Below are positions 30,162 to 40,873 of a stretch of DNA of 64,000 bases, piece after piece. This stretch comes from Candidatus Zhuqueibacterota bacterium. GTDB taxonomy: Bacteria > Zhuqueibacterota > Zhuqueibacteria > Thermofontimicrobiales > Thermofontimicrobiaceae. Below the pieces are notes generated by a model that did no database searches, had not been told where the DNA came from, and saw nothing but the letters and a program-made list of their open reading frames with translations. Positions within the stretch are counted from its first letter, which is position 1. The number at the start of each line of letters is the position of its first letter. The translations under genes and the position numbers were made by a program. The stretch lies in assembly GCA_049322915.1 (NCBI GenBank), contig JBMOPW010000036.1, positions 32,001 through 96,000 of the forward strand, written 5' to 3'.

Positions 30162-30974
30162 ATGTTCAATTACGAAAAATATCTCCGAATAAAAAAATTC
30201 CCGCTTATCTGGTGCGCCGGCTGCGGCGATGGTATTGTTCTCAAAGCGATGCTCCGCGCCATTGATCGCATCGGACTCAATAAAGATGAAATTACCATGG
30301 TCTCCGGCATTGGCTGCTCCAGCCGATTGACCGGCTACGTTGATTTCAATACGCTGCACACCACTCACGGACGCGCCATTGCGTTCGCCACAGGCGTTAA
30401 AATGGTGAAGCCGGGAATGACGGTCATCGTCGTCACCGGCGATGGAGACGCTACTGCCATCGGCGGAAATCATTACATTCATGCGGCGCGCCGGAATATC
30501 GATATCACGGTGATTTTATTCAACAACAATATTTATGGGATGACCGGCGGGCAGGCATCGCCGACGACCCCATTCGGATTTCGCGCGAGCACAGCGCCCT
30601 ATGGCAGCGTCGAAAATACCTTCAACATCAGCGGATTGGCCGAAGCTGCCGGCGCCAGTTTTGTGGCGCGGGGCACCGTGTACGATGCGCTGAAGCTGGA
30701 TAAAATGATTGAAAAGGCGATTCTGAAAAAAGGATTTTCCGTGGTGGAAGTGATGACGCCCTGTCCCACCGCATTTGGCCGACGCAATCGACTGGGCAAC
30801 GGCGCCGCAATGATCAAACAACTCAAAGAGGATGCAGTGTCCGTACAGAAGGCCGAGTCGCTGTCGGAAGAGGAATTGGCCAGCAAAATTGTCACCGGCA
30901 TTTTTGTGGACCGAGACCGGCCTGAATACACTGCCAATTATCAAAAACTGGTTGATCAACTCAAAGCGAAATGA
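30162..30974 (+). CDS. korB: 2-oxoglutarate:ferredoxin oxidoreductase beta subunit
   Basis: WCAGCG, SGIGCS, GDGD...IGGNH, NNNIYGMTGGQ.SPT. Confidence 0.93.
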   Translation: MFNYEKYLRIKKFPLIWCAGCGDGIVLKAMLRAIDRIGLNKDEITMVSGIGCSSRLTGYVDFNTLHTTHGRAIAFATGVKMVKPGMTVIVVTGDGDATAIGGNHYIHAARRNIDITVILFNNNIYGMTGGQASPTTPFGFRASTAPYGSVENTFNISGLAEAAGASFVARGTVYDALKLDKMIEKAILKKGFSVVEVMTPCPTAFGRRNRLGNGAAMIKQLKEDAVSVQKAESLSEEELASKIVTGIFVDRDRPEYTANYQKLVDQLKAK

Positions 30975-31004
30975 GTTCGCGGAACAATTATTTTTAATGC
31001 TTCG

Positions 31005-31036
31005 AAGTCCCACGTCCATTGCGTGGGATTTTTTTT
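31005..31036 (+). terminator. Rho-independent terminator after korB
   Basis: AAGTCCCACG / CGTGGGATTT stem followed by a T run. Confidence 0.65.
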
Positions 31037-31139
31037 ATCAAGCAGGTTCGTTTCTGGAAACAGGGACATCGGGCAAAAAATACAAGGATGGTATTCGCAC
31101 GATGCGCCTTTTCTCCCTCAAAAATAAGTTAAAATCTAC

Positions 31140-31168
31140 TTGCAAAAGGTTAATTAAATAATTATATT
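31140..31168 (+). promoter_or_regulatory. sigma70-type promoter upstream of korC
   Basis: TTGCAA-N17-TATATT, same flanks as 28286. Confidence 0.65.
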
Positions 31169-31221
31169 TAACGCTTTGATGAGGCTACTAACTGGATGAA
31201 TTTTTATGGAGGAGTTCTTTC

Positions 31222-31770
31222 ATGAGCTATCGCTATGAAATCAGATTGAGCGGTGAAGGCGGACAGGGACTGGTTTTGGCTGGAAAAATTCTGGCGGAGG
31301 CGGCTGCAATTTATGATAATAAAAATGCCACTCAGAGCCAATCGTATGGACCAGAAGCGCGCGGTGGAGCCAGTCGTTCTGAAGTGATTATCTCCGATGA
31401 TGAAATTGATTATCCCAAGGCAATGAATATCGATCTCCTTCTTGCGCTGACTCAAGAATCATGCGATCGCTATCACAAAGACTTGAAAGACAGTGGGATT
31501 TTATTGGTGGATACCGATGCGGTGTCGCAATGCCCGCCGGGAAAATTTAAAATTTACCGGGTGCCTATTATCAACATTGCGAGGGACAAAGTCGGCCGGG
31601 TTATGGTCGCCAATATCGTTGCGCTGGGCATTATCGCCGAATTGACGAAGATCGTGTCCATCGAAGCGCTGGAATCGGCCATACTTTCGCGAGTGCCCAA
31701 AGGTACTGAAAAATTGAACATTGAAGCGTTTCGCATTGGGGTGAATACCGGGAAAGAGATCGCTGCGTGA
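31222..31770 (+). CDS. korC: 2-oxoacid:ferredoxin oxidoreductase gamma subunit
   Basis: SGEGGQG, QSYGPEARGG, ANIVALG. Confidence 0.92.
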   Translation: MSYRYEIRLSGEGGQGLVLAGKILAEAAAIYDNKNATQSQSYGPEARGGASRSEVIISDDEIDYPKAMNIDLLLALTQESCDRYHKDLKDSGILLVDTDAVSQCPPGKFKIYRVPIINIARDKVGRVMVANIVALGIIAELTKIVSIEALESAILSRVPKGTEKLNIEAFRIGVNTGKEIAA

Positions 31771-32028
31771 GCGTCGTTGTTGCGGATGGGGAACAGACAA
31801 TGCCGAATGGTATCTCCGGAAGTAACGCTGTACAACGGTCAGAACGAATCGAATGCTCGACATGAGGCATGGTGGCGGGATCGGCAGATGGCGCTGGACG
31901 CTCCTTCTTCGTGAATGGGTTGGGCAGTAATCTCCGGAGAAGAAGGTCTGGGATGGATGGGATCGCTGCGCCGGCGGTGAAATTGCCTCCACGATGCAAC
32001 GACGCGAAATGCGATTCGCCGGAGAGCC

Positions 32029-35000
32029 GTGGCCAACACCCAATACTTATCATTTGACAAGGTTGGATGCGTGCATCAATATTTTAATAGATTAAAAGAA
32101 CGCGTTGGTTTGCTGGGCAATCACCACCAGAAATATATTCACACCATTGAACTCCACATGGACGGGATGGTGGAGAGCCTGGAAAGGGCAGGCAAAATTG
32201 AAGAAATTCACTTGTGGCGAGGCTCAATACAACCTCGCCAGGAGATGGAAATTATACTCAACGTCGCTCGTTCATTCGAAGAACGACTGACATATCTCGC
32301 CTGTTATTATTCCCTCCAAATTTTACATCTGAACCTTCGGTCCATTGATGTGTTGATGTTGAATCTCACGGCTGCAGAAGATCGCATTTCCATTTACAAA
32401 CAGTTCATGTTGAATACCGGCGCTGAGTTCAGGAAATTAACCGCAGCCTACATGCAGACGCTACTGGAGCTATTTTCCAATTCCACGCCGCTGCCAGCTT
32501 TCACCATGTTGGGTGTGGGCAGTCTCGCCCATCAGGACGATATCGACGTGGGCGTCATCGACGATGGCTCCCAGAACCGGGAAGCGCTCAATCTGGTCAT
32601 TGGCCGTGTTCGAAAAGAGATGTTCAAATGGGCCACGGAATTGCATTTCTATCTCTCAGAACATGTCGGCAGTCAGTTTTATACAGCGTCCATCGATGAG
32701 TACAAGAATTTGCTGGACGAGAAATTACAGGATTTTGTCATCATCAGCGAAATGCTCAGCGCTGTCCCCATTCTGGGCAGCACCGCGCTGTTCGAGACGT
32801 TCGAGCAGGAGATCACCCATCGCTATCATTTTCACAGCAACCGGGATAACAAGTATCATGAGGGATATTTACGGGGGATCCTCGGTGAAATTCGATCGTT
32901 CCTGTTTCGGCAGATCAACGAGGACAAATTAAATCCCAAAGATGACGCTCTTCGGATGATTTCCGGCATCATCTTTTCCGGCAAGACCATTTTCCGAATT
33001 TACCGCGGCAATCGTTGGGATGTATTGGCGCAGCTCGCCAGAAAAGATACCAGTCGCCGGCACCTGTATCAGAATCTGGAGAATTCGCTGACATTCATGG
33101 AGATATTCCGGCACCTGTTTCAACTGTATGTCGGGCTTGAAGAAGAGGTCAATCTGGACGACGAGAATGTGCCGGAGTATATGTCACTTGTCGCCAGGAC
33201 TCTCGGCTATCGCGATGTTGGGGCAATCAGCGCCTGGGACCATCTGTTGATTCACTACCACGAATATGTGGAATTGGCGCGTCATACGTGCAGCCGGCTT
33301 CTGGGCGATGTGACGGAGCATATTAAATCGGTCAGCATTTTTGCCGATAAAATCAAATCAGCGTGGTACCCGGAACCGTACCGCAGTTATCCCGGCAATC
33401 TTGCCATTGACTTTCTGAAAATCTCCGGCTTTTTCCGCGGCACTAAATTTTGGGACGATATTCTGGAAGCCCTGGAGGCTGAAGACAGTCATGTGCTGGA
33501 AAATTTCGTCAATGATTTCAAGTTGTTGAAACCGCGCTATCAGCAGATTTTGTTCGAGAAATATGGTCGGACGGTTCAGTACGCCATTCTGCCGATGATC
33601 TCCTTCCTGATCATTCTTTCGAAAAACAAGCGAAAACTGGATATCGAAAATTTATTCGACTGCTTCAATCAGGAGTTTTTGAAAAATCTATGGCGCTGTG
33701 ACAACAGAATTGTTCGCCTGACCAATGTGTTTTATCAGGATCCGCAACTGGTCAATACCTATTTATCCATGCTGGAAGTACCGCAGCAACGGCAATTTGC
33801 AGATGTACTGCACGGCGATTTGTGGGAGGCGGAACAGGAACGGCCGCGAGAATTGCTGCTGAATTTGTGCGAGTTGCACTCAAATACCAGTCATTATTTC
33901 AAACGGTTTTTTACACGGGTCGTGTCCAGGTACCCGGAGTACATAAAATATCTGAAGGACACAGCGTCGTTAGCGCAATTCTCCCAGGGCTTCTTCGGAA
34001 GCATTCAGAGTCTCGACAGTTACGAAGATAAAAAAAATCAGTTGGGCGATTATCACGATCTGGAATTTTTCCGCGTGGGATTGGACGCGCTGCATGGAAA
34101 GCCCATCGAACAGATTGACGCCGAGTTCACCGAGTTTTCCGATTCATACATGCAGTTGCTGTTCGATATTTGCAAGCAGTCCGTGAATGAGCAAATTGGG
34201 GGACCCATTGCCACGCGCGACCTGATCGCCATTTACACGGCTGGCGGCTACGCGCGCGAGCAGGCATTCGATGATGATTATGATTTGATCATCATGCTGA
34301 ATGAAAAAGATGAGGAAGTCCGGCAGTACTGCAACAGAATTATCACGATGATGAACAGCGAAATTGTCAAACGCGGCATCATGCCGCATTACCGTTTCGC
34401 AGACCATTTTGGCCATTATGTAACGCTCATCGACGACCTGGACGAGTTCTTCACTCAGGAAGACGAAACCACGTTCATCGACAAATCGCAGATGCTCGGC
34501 GCGCGGATGATTGTCGGCAGCACGATATTTCAAAAGAAGTTCGAAGAGCGAATCATCCATCGGCATATCTACGAAAAATGCGATGAATACATCGGACAGA
34601 TGATCGCAGAAATGCAGTCGCGCCATACGGACAAAAGGAATACGGGCAAGAAAAATCTGAATGTGAAGGAGGGCATCGGCGGCCTGCGCGACATCGAAAT
34701 TTTGCTGTTGATTTTTAAAGCCAAATTCAGGCTGACCGATCCGCTCAATCGGAAACTGCTGCAAACGATCTGTGAGTTGGACAAATCGAATAAGCCGGAC
34801 CTGTGTCAGTTGATGCATCATTTCGATTTTTTGAAACGGCTGCGCGATCTTTACCGTCTCACCGTCTCTGCCGGCAATATTCTGAAGACAGAGTACCTGG
34901 GGCAGGCGGCAAAAATTTTCGGCTACTCGGACCAGGAAGGAAAAAGCGCCATCGATCAGTTGGTTCAGGAATACCTGACCTGCACCGAGCAGGTGCACGG

Positions 35001-35061
35001 GATCGTGCAGCGAATGATAGATAAAGTGTATCAGAGGAGTGACGTAACAACGCATGCGTGA
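32029..35061 (+). CDS. Divergent GlnE/GlnD-like protein with two nucleotidyltransferase modules
   Basis: LGVGS..HQDDIDVG + LNPKDDALR; AGGYAREQAFDDDYDL + NVKEGIGGLRDIE; start codon uncertain. Confidence 0.7.
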   Translation: MANTQYLSFDKVGCVHQYFNRLKERVGLLGNHHQKYIHTIELHMDGMVESLERAGKIEEIHLWRGSIQPRQEMEIILNVARSFEERLTYLACYYSLQILHLNLRSIDVLMLNLTAAEDRISIYKQFMLNTGAEFRKLTAAYMQTLLELFSNSTPLPAFTMLGVGSLAHQDDIDVGVIDDGSQNREALNLVIGRVRKEMFKWATELHFYLSEHVGSQFYTASIDEYKNLLDEKLQDFVIISEMLSAVPILGSTALFETFEQEITHRYHFHSNRDNKYHEGYLRGILGEIRSFLFRQINEDKLNPKDDALRMISGIIFSGKTIFRIYRGNRWDVLAQLARKDTSRRHLYQNLENSLTFMEIFRHLFQLYVGLEEEVNLDDENVPEYMSLVARTLGYRDVGAISAWDHLLIHYHEYVELARHTCSRLLGDVTEHIKSVSIFADKIKSAWYPEPYRSYPGNLAIDFLKISGFFRGTKFWDDILEALEAEDSHVLENFVNDFKLLKPRYQQILFEKYGRTVQYAILPMISFLIILSKNKRKLDIENLFDCFNQEFLKNLWRCDNRIVRLTNVFYQDPQLVNTYLSMLEVPQQRQFADVLHGDLWEAEQERPRELLLNLCELHSNTSHYFKRFFTRVVSRYPEYIKYLKDTASLAQFSQGFFGSIQSLDSYEDKKNQLGDYHDLEFFRVGLDALHGKPIEQIDAEFTEFSDSYMQLLFDICKQSVNEQIGGPIATRDLIAIYTAGGYAREQAFDDDYDLIIMLNEKDEEVRQYCNRIITMMNSEIVKRGIMPHYRFADHFGHYVTLIDDLDEFFTQEDETTFIDKSQMLGARMIVGSTIFQKKFEERIIHRHIYEKCDEYIGQMIAEMQSRHTDKRNTGKKNLNVKEGIGGLRDIEILLLIFKAKFRLTDPLNRKLLQTICELDKSNKPDLCQLMHHFDFLKRLRDLYRLTVSAGNILKTEYLGQAAKIFGYSDQEGKSAIDQLVQEYLTCTEQVHGIVQRMIDKVYQRSDVTTHA

Positions 35062-35818
35062 TGTACAGAACGAAACAGATTTGAGAAACATTGAAATCGA
35101 CAAGGTCGGGGTGAAGAATTTAAAGTACCCGATTGTGCTCAAAGATAAGACGAACGATAATCAGCATACCATTGCCACGATCAATATGTACGTCAATTTG
35201 CCCCATTTATTTCGGGGAACCCACATGAGCCGGTTCATCGAGATACTGAATCGATACCGGCGGGAAATTGACATTCACAAAATGGGGCCGATTTTGAAAG
35301 ACATGAAAGAGAAGCTCAACGCAGCATCCGCCCATCTCGAAATTGCATTTCCGTATTTCGTGGAAAAGAAAGCGCCGGTGTCCGGAGCGAAATCATTGAT
35401 GGGCTACCAGTGCACGCTCATCGGTGATTTGAACCACAACATGAAAATGTGGCTCGGCGTGTCCGTGCCCATTCTGACAGTGTGCCCCTGTTCCAAAGAG
35501 ATCTCGAAATACGGCGCGCACAACCAGCGCGGTGAAATTAAGGCGATGATCGAATTCAGAGGCTTCCTGTGGATCGAGGACGTGATTGAGCTTCTGGAAC
35601 AATGCGCGTCCGGAACCGTGTATTCACTACTGAAGAGAGAAGATGAAAAATTCGTGACGGAGAAATCCTACGAAAACCCAACCTTCGTCGAGGATGTGGT
35701 TCGCAATGCGGCCGTGCGGTTGAACGAGATCAGCAATATTATCAAATACAAAGTCGAAGTGGAGAGTTTCGAGAGCATTCACAATCACGACGCCTATGCG
35801 TGCGTGGAAAAAGAATGA
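35054..35818 (+). CDS. folE2: GTP cyclohydrolase IB
   Basis: RGTHMSRF, CPCSKEIS.YGAHNQR, LKREDEK, FVEDVVR, ESIHNHDA. Confidence 0.95.
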   Translation: MRDVQNETDLRNIEIDKVGVKNLKYPIVLKDKTNDNQHTIATINMYVNLPHLFRGTHMSRFIEILNRYRREIDIHKMGPILKDMKEKLNAASAHLEIAFPYFVEKKAPVSGAKSLMGYQCTLIGDLNHNMKMWLGVSVPILTVCPCSKEISKYGAHNQRGEIKAMIEFRGFLWIEDVIELLEQCASGTVYSLLKREDEKFVTEKSYENPTFVEDVVRNAAVRLNEISNIIKYKVEVESFESIHNHDAYACVEKE

Positions 35819-36059
35819 CGATTCCGAAGTGTGGTATATTGGGAAATCAATTCTGATGAAGTTAATTTCCAGGCAATTCGTAGAAAAAATAAAAAGTTAT
35901 ATAACTTGAATAGCCCCGACTTTTAAGTCCGGGAACAGAAATTCCCCTTTGATTTTTGGGCTTTAGCCCTTTTTTAGCGTGGACTCATTCTTATACTGTG
36001 AAATTTAATTTTATTTTTAAAACCAAATTCAGCTTTTCAGAATCGATTATTTTAAATAT

Positions 36060-36103
36060 TTCTTTTTCTTTGTGTCTTTGAGATTTTGTGGCTGGATAGT
36101 TAC
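36060..36103. repeat. REP-like CTTTGTG tract ending in a GTAAC-family terminus
   Basis: CTTTGTGTCTTTGAGATTTTGTGG-CTGGATAGTTAC. Confidence 0.5.
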
Positions 36104-36153
36104 CAAATCTAAATAGAAAGTATGATAGAAAACTGAAAATTAAGGAGAATGAC

Positions 36154-36585
36154 ATGGTGCAAAGAACATTAGCGATTTTGAAGCCGGATTGTGTGAGAAA
36201 AGGATTGATTGGCAAAGTCATTAAACGCATTGAAAGCGAAGGATTCAAAATTGTCGCGATGAAAATGGTGAAACTGAATTCGAAGACTGCCGGTGAATTT
36301 TATGCTGTGCACAAAGAGCGGCCATTTTTTTACGATCTGGTGGCGTTCATGTCGTCGGGCAAATGCGTGCCAATGGTGCTGGAGAAAGAAAACGCGATCA
36401 ATGATTTTCGCAAGGTGATCGGCGCAACCGACCCTGCCAAAGCGGACGAGGGAACAGTGCGAAAAATGTACGCCGATAGCAAAGAACAAAATATCGTCCA
36501 CGGATCCGATGCCCCGGAAACGGCTGCCTTTGAAATCAGCTATTTCTTTTCGGGCAGAGAATTGGTTGAAAACCAGGAAAACTAA
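36154..36585 (+). CDS. ndk: Nucleoside-diphosphate kinase
   Basis: [32 protein letters not shown]. Confidence 0.97.
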   Translation: MVQRTLAILKPDCVRKGLIGKVIKRIESEGFKIVAMKMVKLNSKTAGEFYAVHKERPFFYDLVAFMSSGKCVPMVLEKENAINDFRKVIGATDPAKADEGTVRKMYADSKEQNIVHGSDAPETAAFEISYFFSGRELVENQEN

Positions 36586-36626
36586 AAGCGTAAAACATCA
36601 TGAAGAAAAAAATACAAGCGTCACGG

Positions 36627-37832
36627 ATGAAAATATTGGTATTGAACTGCGGCAGTTCGTCGGTGAAATACCAGTTGATCAATGGCAGTAATAAACAGTG
36701 GCTGGTGCGCGGCAATATCTCCCGCATTGGTGCCAGCGACGCCGATGTCAGCGAAACGCGCAGCAACGGCAGCCAGGTGAAATACACCAAAAATATTCAG
36801 GATCATGACCAGGCAATTCAGCAGATTCTGGATAACTTATTGAGCAAGCATCTGGGGATCATCAAAGATGTGGCTGAAATTTTTGCAGTAGGACATCGCG
36901 TCGTCCACGGAGGCGAGACGTTCTCTCAGCCCACTCTGATTACAGATGCGGTGATCCGCCAGATTGAAGCGTGCAGTTCATTTGCGCCGCTGCACAATCC
37001 CTCGCAGTTGAAAGGGATTTTAGCCTGCAAAAAACTGTTGCCCGGCGTGCCTGAAGTCGCGGTGTTCGATACGGCATTTCATCAGACAATGCCCGGTTAT
37101 TCATATTTGTACGGACTTCCGTATGAGTTCTATAAAAAATATGGCATTCGCCGGTATGGTTTCCATGGAACGTCACATTATTATGTGGCCCACCGCGTCG
37201 CCGAACTGGCCGGCATCCCCATTGAAAAATTGAAAATCATCACCTGCCATCTGGGGAATGGTAGCAGCATCGCTGCGGTGAATCACGGAAAAGTGCTGGA
37301 TACGTCCATGGGTTTCACTCCGCTGGAAGGTCTGCTCATGGGAACGCGCACCGGTGATATCGACTGTTCTGCTGTCCTCTATCTGATGAAGCAGGAGCAA
37401 TTGACAATCGATCAGGTTGATTCGCTGTTGAATACGCAGAGCGGCGTCAAAGGAATTTCCGGCAATTCCAATGACATGCGCAAAATTATCGAAGCTGCGT
37501 CTCACGGCGATGAACGAAGCCAGCTTGCCTTTGATGTGTTTTGTTATCGCATCAAGAAATATATCGGCGCCTACGCTGCGGCCATGGGCGGCGTGGATAT
37601 GATTGTCTTCACTGCCGGAATTGGGGAGAACGCCTCACTGGTTCGGGCAAAAGCCTGCAGTGGATTGGATTTCCTGGGCGTGGAGTTAGACCAGTTGGAA
37701 AATTCGCAAACCGCTGGCGTTGAAAAACGAATCAGCAAAGAGCATTCACGCGTTCAGGTCTGGGTTGTGCCCACTAATGAAGAACTGGTAATTGCAGAAC
37801 ATACGCTGACTGTGGTGTATGCCGGGCATTGA
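36627..37832 (+). CDS. ackA: Acetate kinase
   Basis: MKILVLNCGSSSVK, GHRVVHGG, FDTAFH, HLGNG, FTAGIGEN, PTNEEL. Confidence 0.97.
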   Translation: MKILVLNCGSSSVKYQLINGSNKQWLVRGNISRIGASDADVSETRSNGSQVKYTKNIQDHDQAIQQILDNLLSKHLGIIKDVAEIFAVGHRVVHGGETFSQPTLITDAVIRQIEACSSFAPLHNPSQLKGILACKKLLPGVPEVAVFDTAFHQTMPGYSYLYGLPYEFYKKYGIRRYGFHGTSHYYVAHRVAELAGIPIEKLKIITCHLGNGSSIAAVNHGKVLDTSMGFTPLEGLLMGTRTGDIDCSAVLYLMKQEQLTIDQVDSLLNTQSGVKGISGNSNDMRKIIEAASHGDERSQLAFDVFCYRIKKYIGAYAAAMGGVDMIVFTAGIGENASLVRAKACSGLDFLGVELDQLENSQTAGVEKRISKEHSRVQVWVVPTNEELVIAEHTLTVVYAGH

Positions 37833-38174
37833 TCTCGTTTCCTGACACAGGGCCATCTGAATCGGATTCGGTCACAGGAGCCGAGTGAGAGGTATTGGCC
37901 GTGAGGCAGAGCGCAACGCTGTTTCATCATGACTGCTTTTTGATGAACCTGACCTGGACAAGCCGGAACCAAAAAAGAAATAGAACGCTGATTACGCTGA
38001 AGTATGTTAAGGATTGAATGAAAATCCGGCCCGCTCTGCCAGTTTCGTGCCGGCGGAGACATTGCCGGCGGAGTTCCCAACAGCAATGTCGTTGTTCCAT
38101 CGAAGGACTATTTAAATTGTACCCATGACAGGTAATCCCTGTCGATCGCACAACTCAAATAGGGCGATGAAACT

Positions 38175-40238
38175 ATGAGCCAGGTCAATGTCTTAAACCA
38201 AAAGTGCCGCCGATGTTACACATGCATTCAACTATGTCCGGCAAAGGCGATTAAGCGGGAGAAGGGCAACATCCAGATCATGCACGAGCGTTGCATTCTG
38301 TGTGGCAACTGCATCAAATGGTGCCCGCAGCGCGCTCTGGTGTACACCAGCGGGATCTATCAGGTGAAGGAATTCATCAATAATAATGAAAAGATCATCG
38401 CCTGCCTGGACCCGACGTTCCCTGCGGTTTTGGACGTGGCAACACCGCGGAAACTGGTGACGTCGCTGAAGAAGTTGGGATTCACCGAAGTCTGGGAGGG
38501 AGCCATTGGCGCGGAACTGATTGCCGGCAAATATCGCCAGCTTCTTCATAGCGAAACAGGTCAAACGATCATCTCCTCGTTCTGTCCGGCGATCGTATTT
38601 TACATTCAAAAATACATGCCGCAGTTGATACCGAACCTGGCGCCCATTGTGTCCGCGATGATTGCCACCGGCAGGCTCGCTCGGGAGATCAAGGGGCCGG
38701 ACTGGAAATTCGTCTACATCACCACCTGCCTGGCTCAGATGGGTGAAATGAATAGTCCTGAAGTTGCCGGCGTTGTCGACCAGGTGATCACGCTGCCGGA
38801 AGTGAGGCAATTGTTGGACGAGGCCGGCATCGATCGCACGCAGCAAGTGGAATCAAATTTTGATGGCCCGAAGCCGTACCTCGGCCGGATAATCCCGGTC
38901 ATCGGCGGACTGTATCGCACCATGGGCGAAGGCTTCGACGTGTTGATGGATGAAATCAGCGTCACCGGCGGGCGCATTCGTTCGCTGCGCGCTCTCAGCC
39001 AGTTGGTGGAGGGCCACATCGAAGCGAAGTTTTTCGATCTGGTATTCTGCGAAGGCTGCGTCGATGGCCCGTTTGTCGATCAGGAAATTGCAGTGCTGGG
39101 CCGTCGGCAAATCATTTCGCGCTACACGAAAGAAGAAATGAGCCATCAAAGCGAGACTGATTTTGAAGTCGATATGTTGAAATATAAACATGTCCCCATG
39201 TCGCGCGAATTTCGGGTGATGGAACAAAATTTACCGATCCCGACGGAGGAGCAGATCGCCGAGATTTTGAAAGCGATGGACAAAATGCCGCCGCACCGGA
39301 ACCTGGATTGTCACGCCTGCGGCTATCCATCCTGTCGAGAAAAGGCCATTGCCGTTGCTCAGGGTCTGGCTGAACTGGATATGTGTCTGCCGTACCTGCT
39401 GGAGCGCACGCGGAAGATTTATCAGCAATTGAGAAAATCGCATCACGAGTTGCAGATTTCCCATCAGGAATTGGAAAAAGCCCAGACCCATTTGATCCGA
39501 TCCGAAAAGATGGCATCGTTGGGCCAGTTAGCCGCAGGGGTGGCGCACGAAATCAATAATCCGCTGGGCACGATCACCATCTTCGCGCATTTGCTGATGA
39601 AAAATATCCCGGAGGACAACCCGGCACGGAGTGACATTCAGCTTATTATTGATGAGGCCAGCCGAACCAAAGAGATCGTTCAGGGACTGCTCAGTTTTGC
39701 GCGGGAGACCAAGCTGCGGCCCGGTTCCACCAATATCAATGATGTGCTGGAAGATGTCCTGGGATTAGTCGTCAATCAGGCCCTGTTTCAGAATATTAAA
39801 ATCAAAAAGCAGTTGGATGAAAATTTACCGACGATTTTCGCCGATTCCACCCAGCTTAAACAGGTGTTTTTGAATATGTTCCTGAATGCGGCCCAGGCGA
39901 TGTCCGGCAATGGAAAGCTGAGCTTGACCACCGGGGTGGATGCAACCGCAGGGATGATTCAGGTGAGAATACAGGACAATGGCCCGGGCATTCCGGACAG
40001 CGTGATGGCAAAAATTTTCGACCCGTTTTTTACGACAAAAGAAAAAGGCACCGGCCTGGGTCTGGCGATTTCGTACGGCATCATTCAACGCCACCACGGC
40101 AAGATAGAGGTGGAAACAGAGTTGGGAAAAGGTAGCACGTTCATCATTTTCCTGCCTGTGATCAAGACAGAAGACGAATTCAAACATCAATCAAGTATGG
40201 AGATGAACGCACCGCAGCACGAACCGGCGCAGACGTAG
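38175..40238 (+). CDS. Sensory [FeFe]-hydrogenase-like domain fused to a histidine kinase
   Basis: Two ferredoxin motifs; [23 protein letters not shown]; FeS domain [10 protein letters not shown]...[22 protein letters not shown]. Confidence 0.85.
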   Translation: MSQVNVLNQKCRRCYTCIQLCPAKAIKREKGNIQIMHERCILCGNCIKWCPQRALVYTSGIYQVKEFINNNEKIIACLDPTFPAVLDVATPRKLVTSLKKLGFTEVWEGAIGAELIAGKYRQLLHSETGQTIISSFCPAIVFYIQKYMPQLIPNLAPIVSAMIATGRLAREIKGPDWKFVYITTCLAQMGEMNSPEVAGVVDQVITLPEVRQLLDEAGIDRTQQVESNFDGPKPYLGRIIPVIGGLYRTMGEGFDVLMDEISVTGGRIRSLRALSQLVEGHIEAKFFDLVFCEGCVDGPFVDQEIAVLGRRQIISRYTKEEMSHQSETDFEVDMLKYKHVPMSREFRVMEQNLPIPTEEQIAEILKAMDKMPPHRNLDCHACGYPSCREKAIAVAQGLAELDMCLPYLLERTRKIYQQLRKSHHELQISHQELEKAQTHLIRSEKMASLGQLAAGVAHEINNPLGTITIFAHLLMKNIPEDNPARSDIQLIIDEASRTKEIVQGLLSFARETKLRPGSTNINDVLEDVLGLVVNQALFQNIKIKKQLDENLPTIFADSTQLKQVFLNMFLNAAQAMSGNGKLSLTTGVDATAGMIQVRIQDNGPGIPDSVMAKIFDPFFTTKEKGTGLGLAISYGIIQRHHGKIEVETELGKGSTFIIFLPVIKTEDEFKHQSSMEMNAPQHEPAQT

Positions 40239-40360
40239 CCGACGACTGCCGGCCGGGGCAAGACGCTCGCCCGGGTGGAATCGAGAGGACAGTCACTGAA
40301 TTTTACATACAATCTTCGGTTTATTAACAACGGTTTTGGTATGAAATACAAGGAGTCGCT

Positions 40361-40768
40361 GTGAGCAAAAAAATCAAAATTCTGTTAGTGGACAATGATG
40401 TCGATATCATCGATCTGAACAAAGCCATTCTTGAAAACAATAATTATGAAGTGGTGACGGCGTTTTCGGGCCGCGAGGGATTGGATAAAATCCGGGTGGA
40501 TAATCCTGACCTGATCGTTCTCGATCTCATGATGGAAAAACACGACTCGGGATTCTCGTTCGCCAAACAGATTAAAGCCGATCCGGTTTATAAATCAATC
40601 CCGATTCTGATGGTGTCATCGGTGGCTGATCAGACCGGCTTCGAGTTCAGCCAGGAAAAAGATGGCTACTGGATGAAGACCAATGATTTTTTGAAAAAGC
40701 CGGTCAGTGCAAGTCAACTCCTGGCCAAGGTGCAGGAGCTATTGAAGAACGCCGGAAAATTGGACTGA
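40361..40768 (+). CDS. Single-domain response regulator
   Basis: ILLVDND, LDLMM, KKP. Confidence 0.9.
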   Translation: MSKKIKILLVDNDVDIIDLNKAILENNNYEVVTAFSGREGLDKIRVDNPDLIVLDLMMEKHDSGFSFAKQIKADPVYKSIPILMVSSVADQTGFEFSQEKDGYWMKTNDFLKKPVSASQLLAKVQELLKNAGKLD

Positions 40769-40873
40769 TGCAATGGGCGTGTTCGGAATAAAATCAATCG
40801 GCATTGCCCGGGGCGGATTCGCCCTTTCAAAAGAGTATCGATCTGGTCAGCGCAAAATCGAGTGGGGTAGGGC

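Noticed and set aside
32029..35061. Assigning glnE or glnD
   Set aside because: Signature motifs diverge and GlnD HD/ACT domains are absent; symbol withheld
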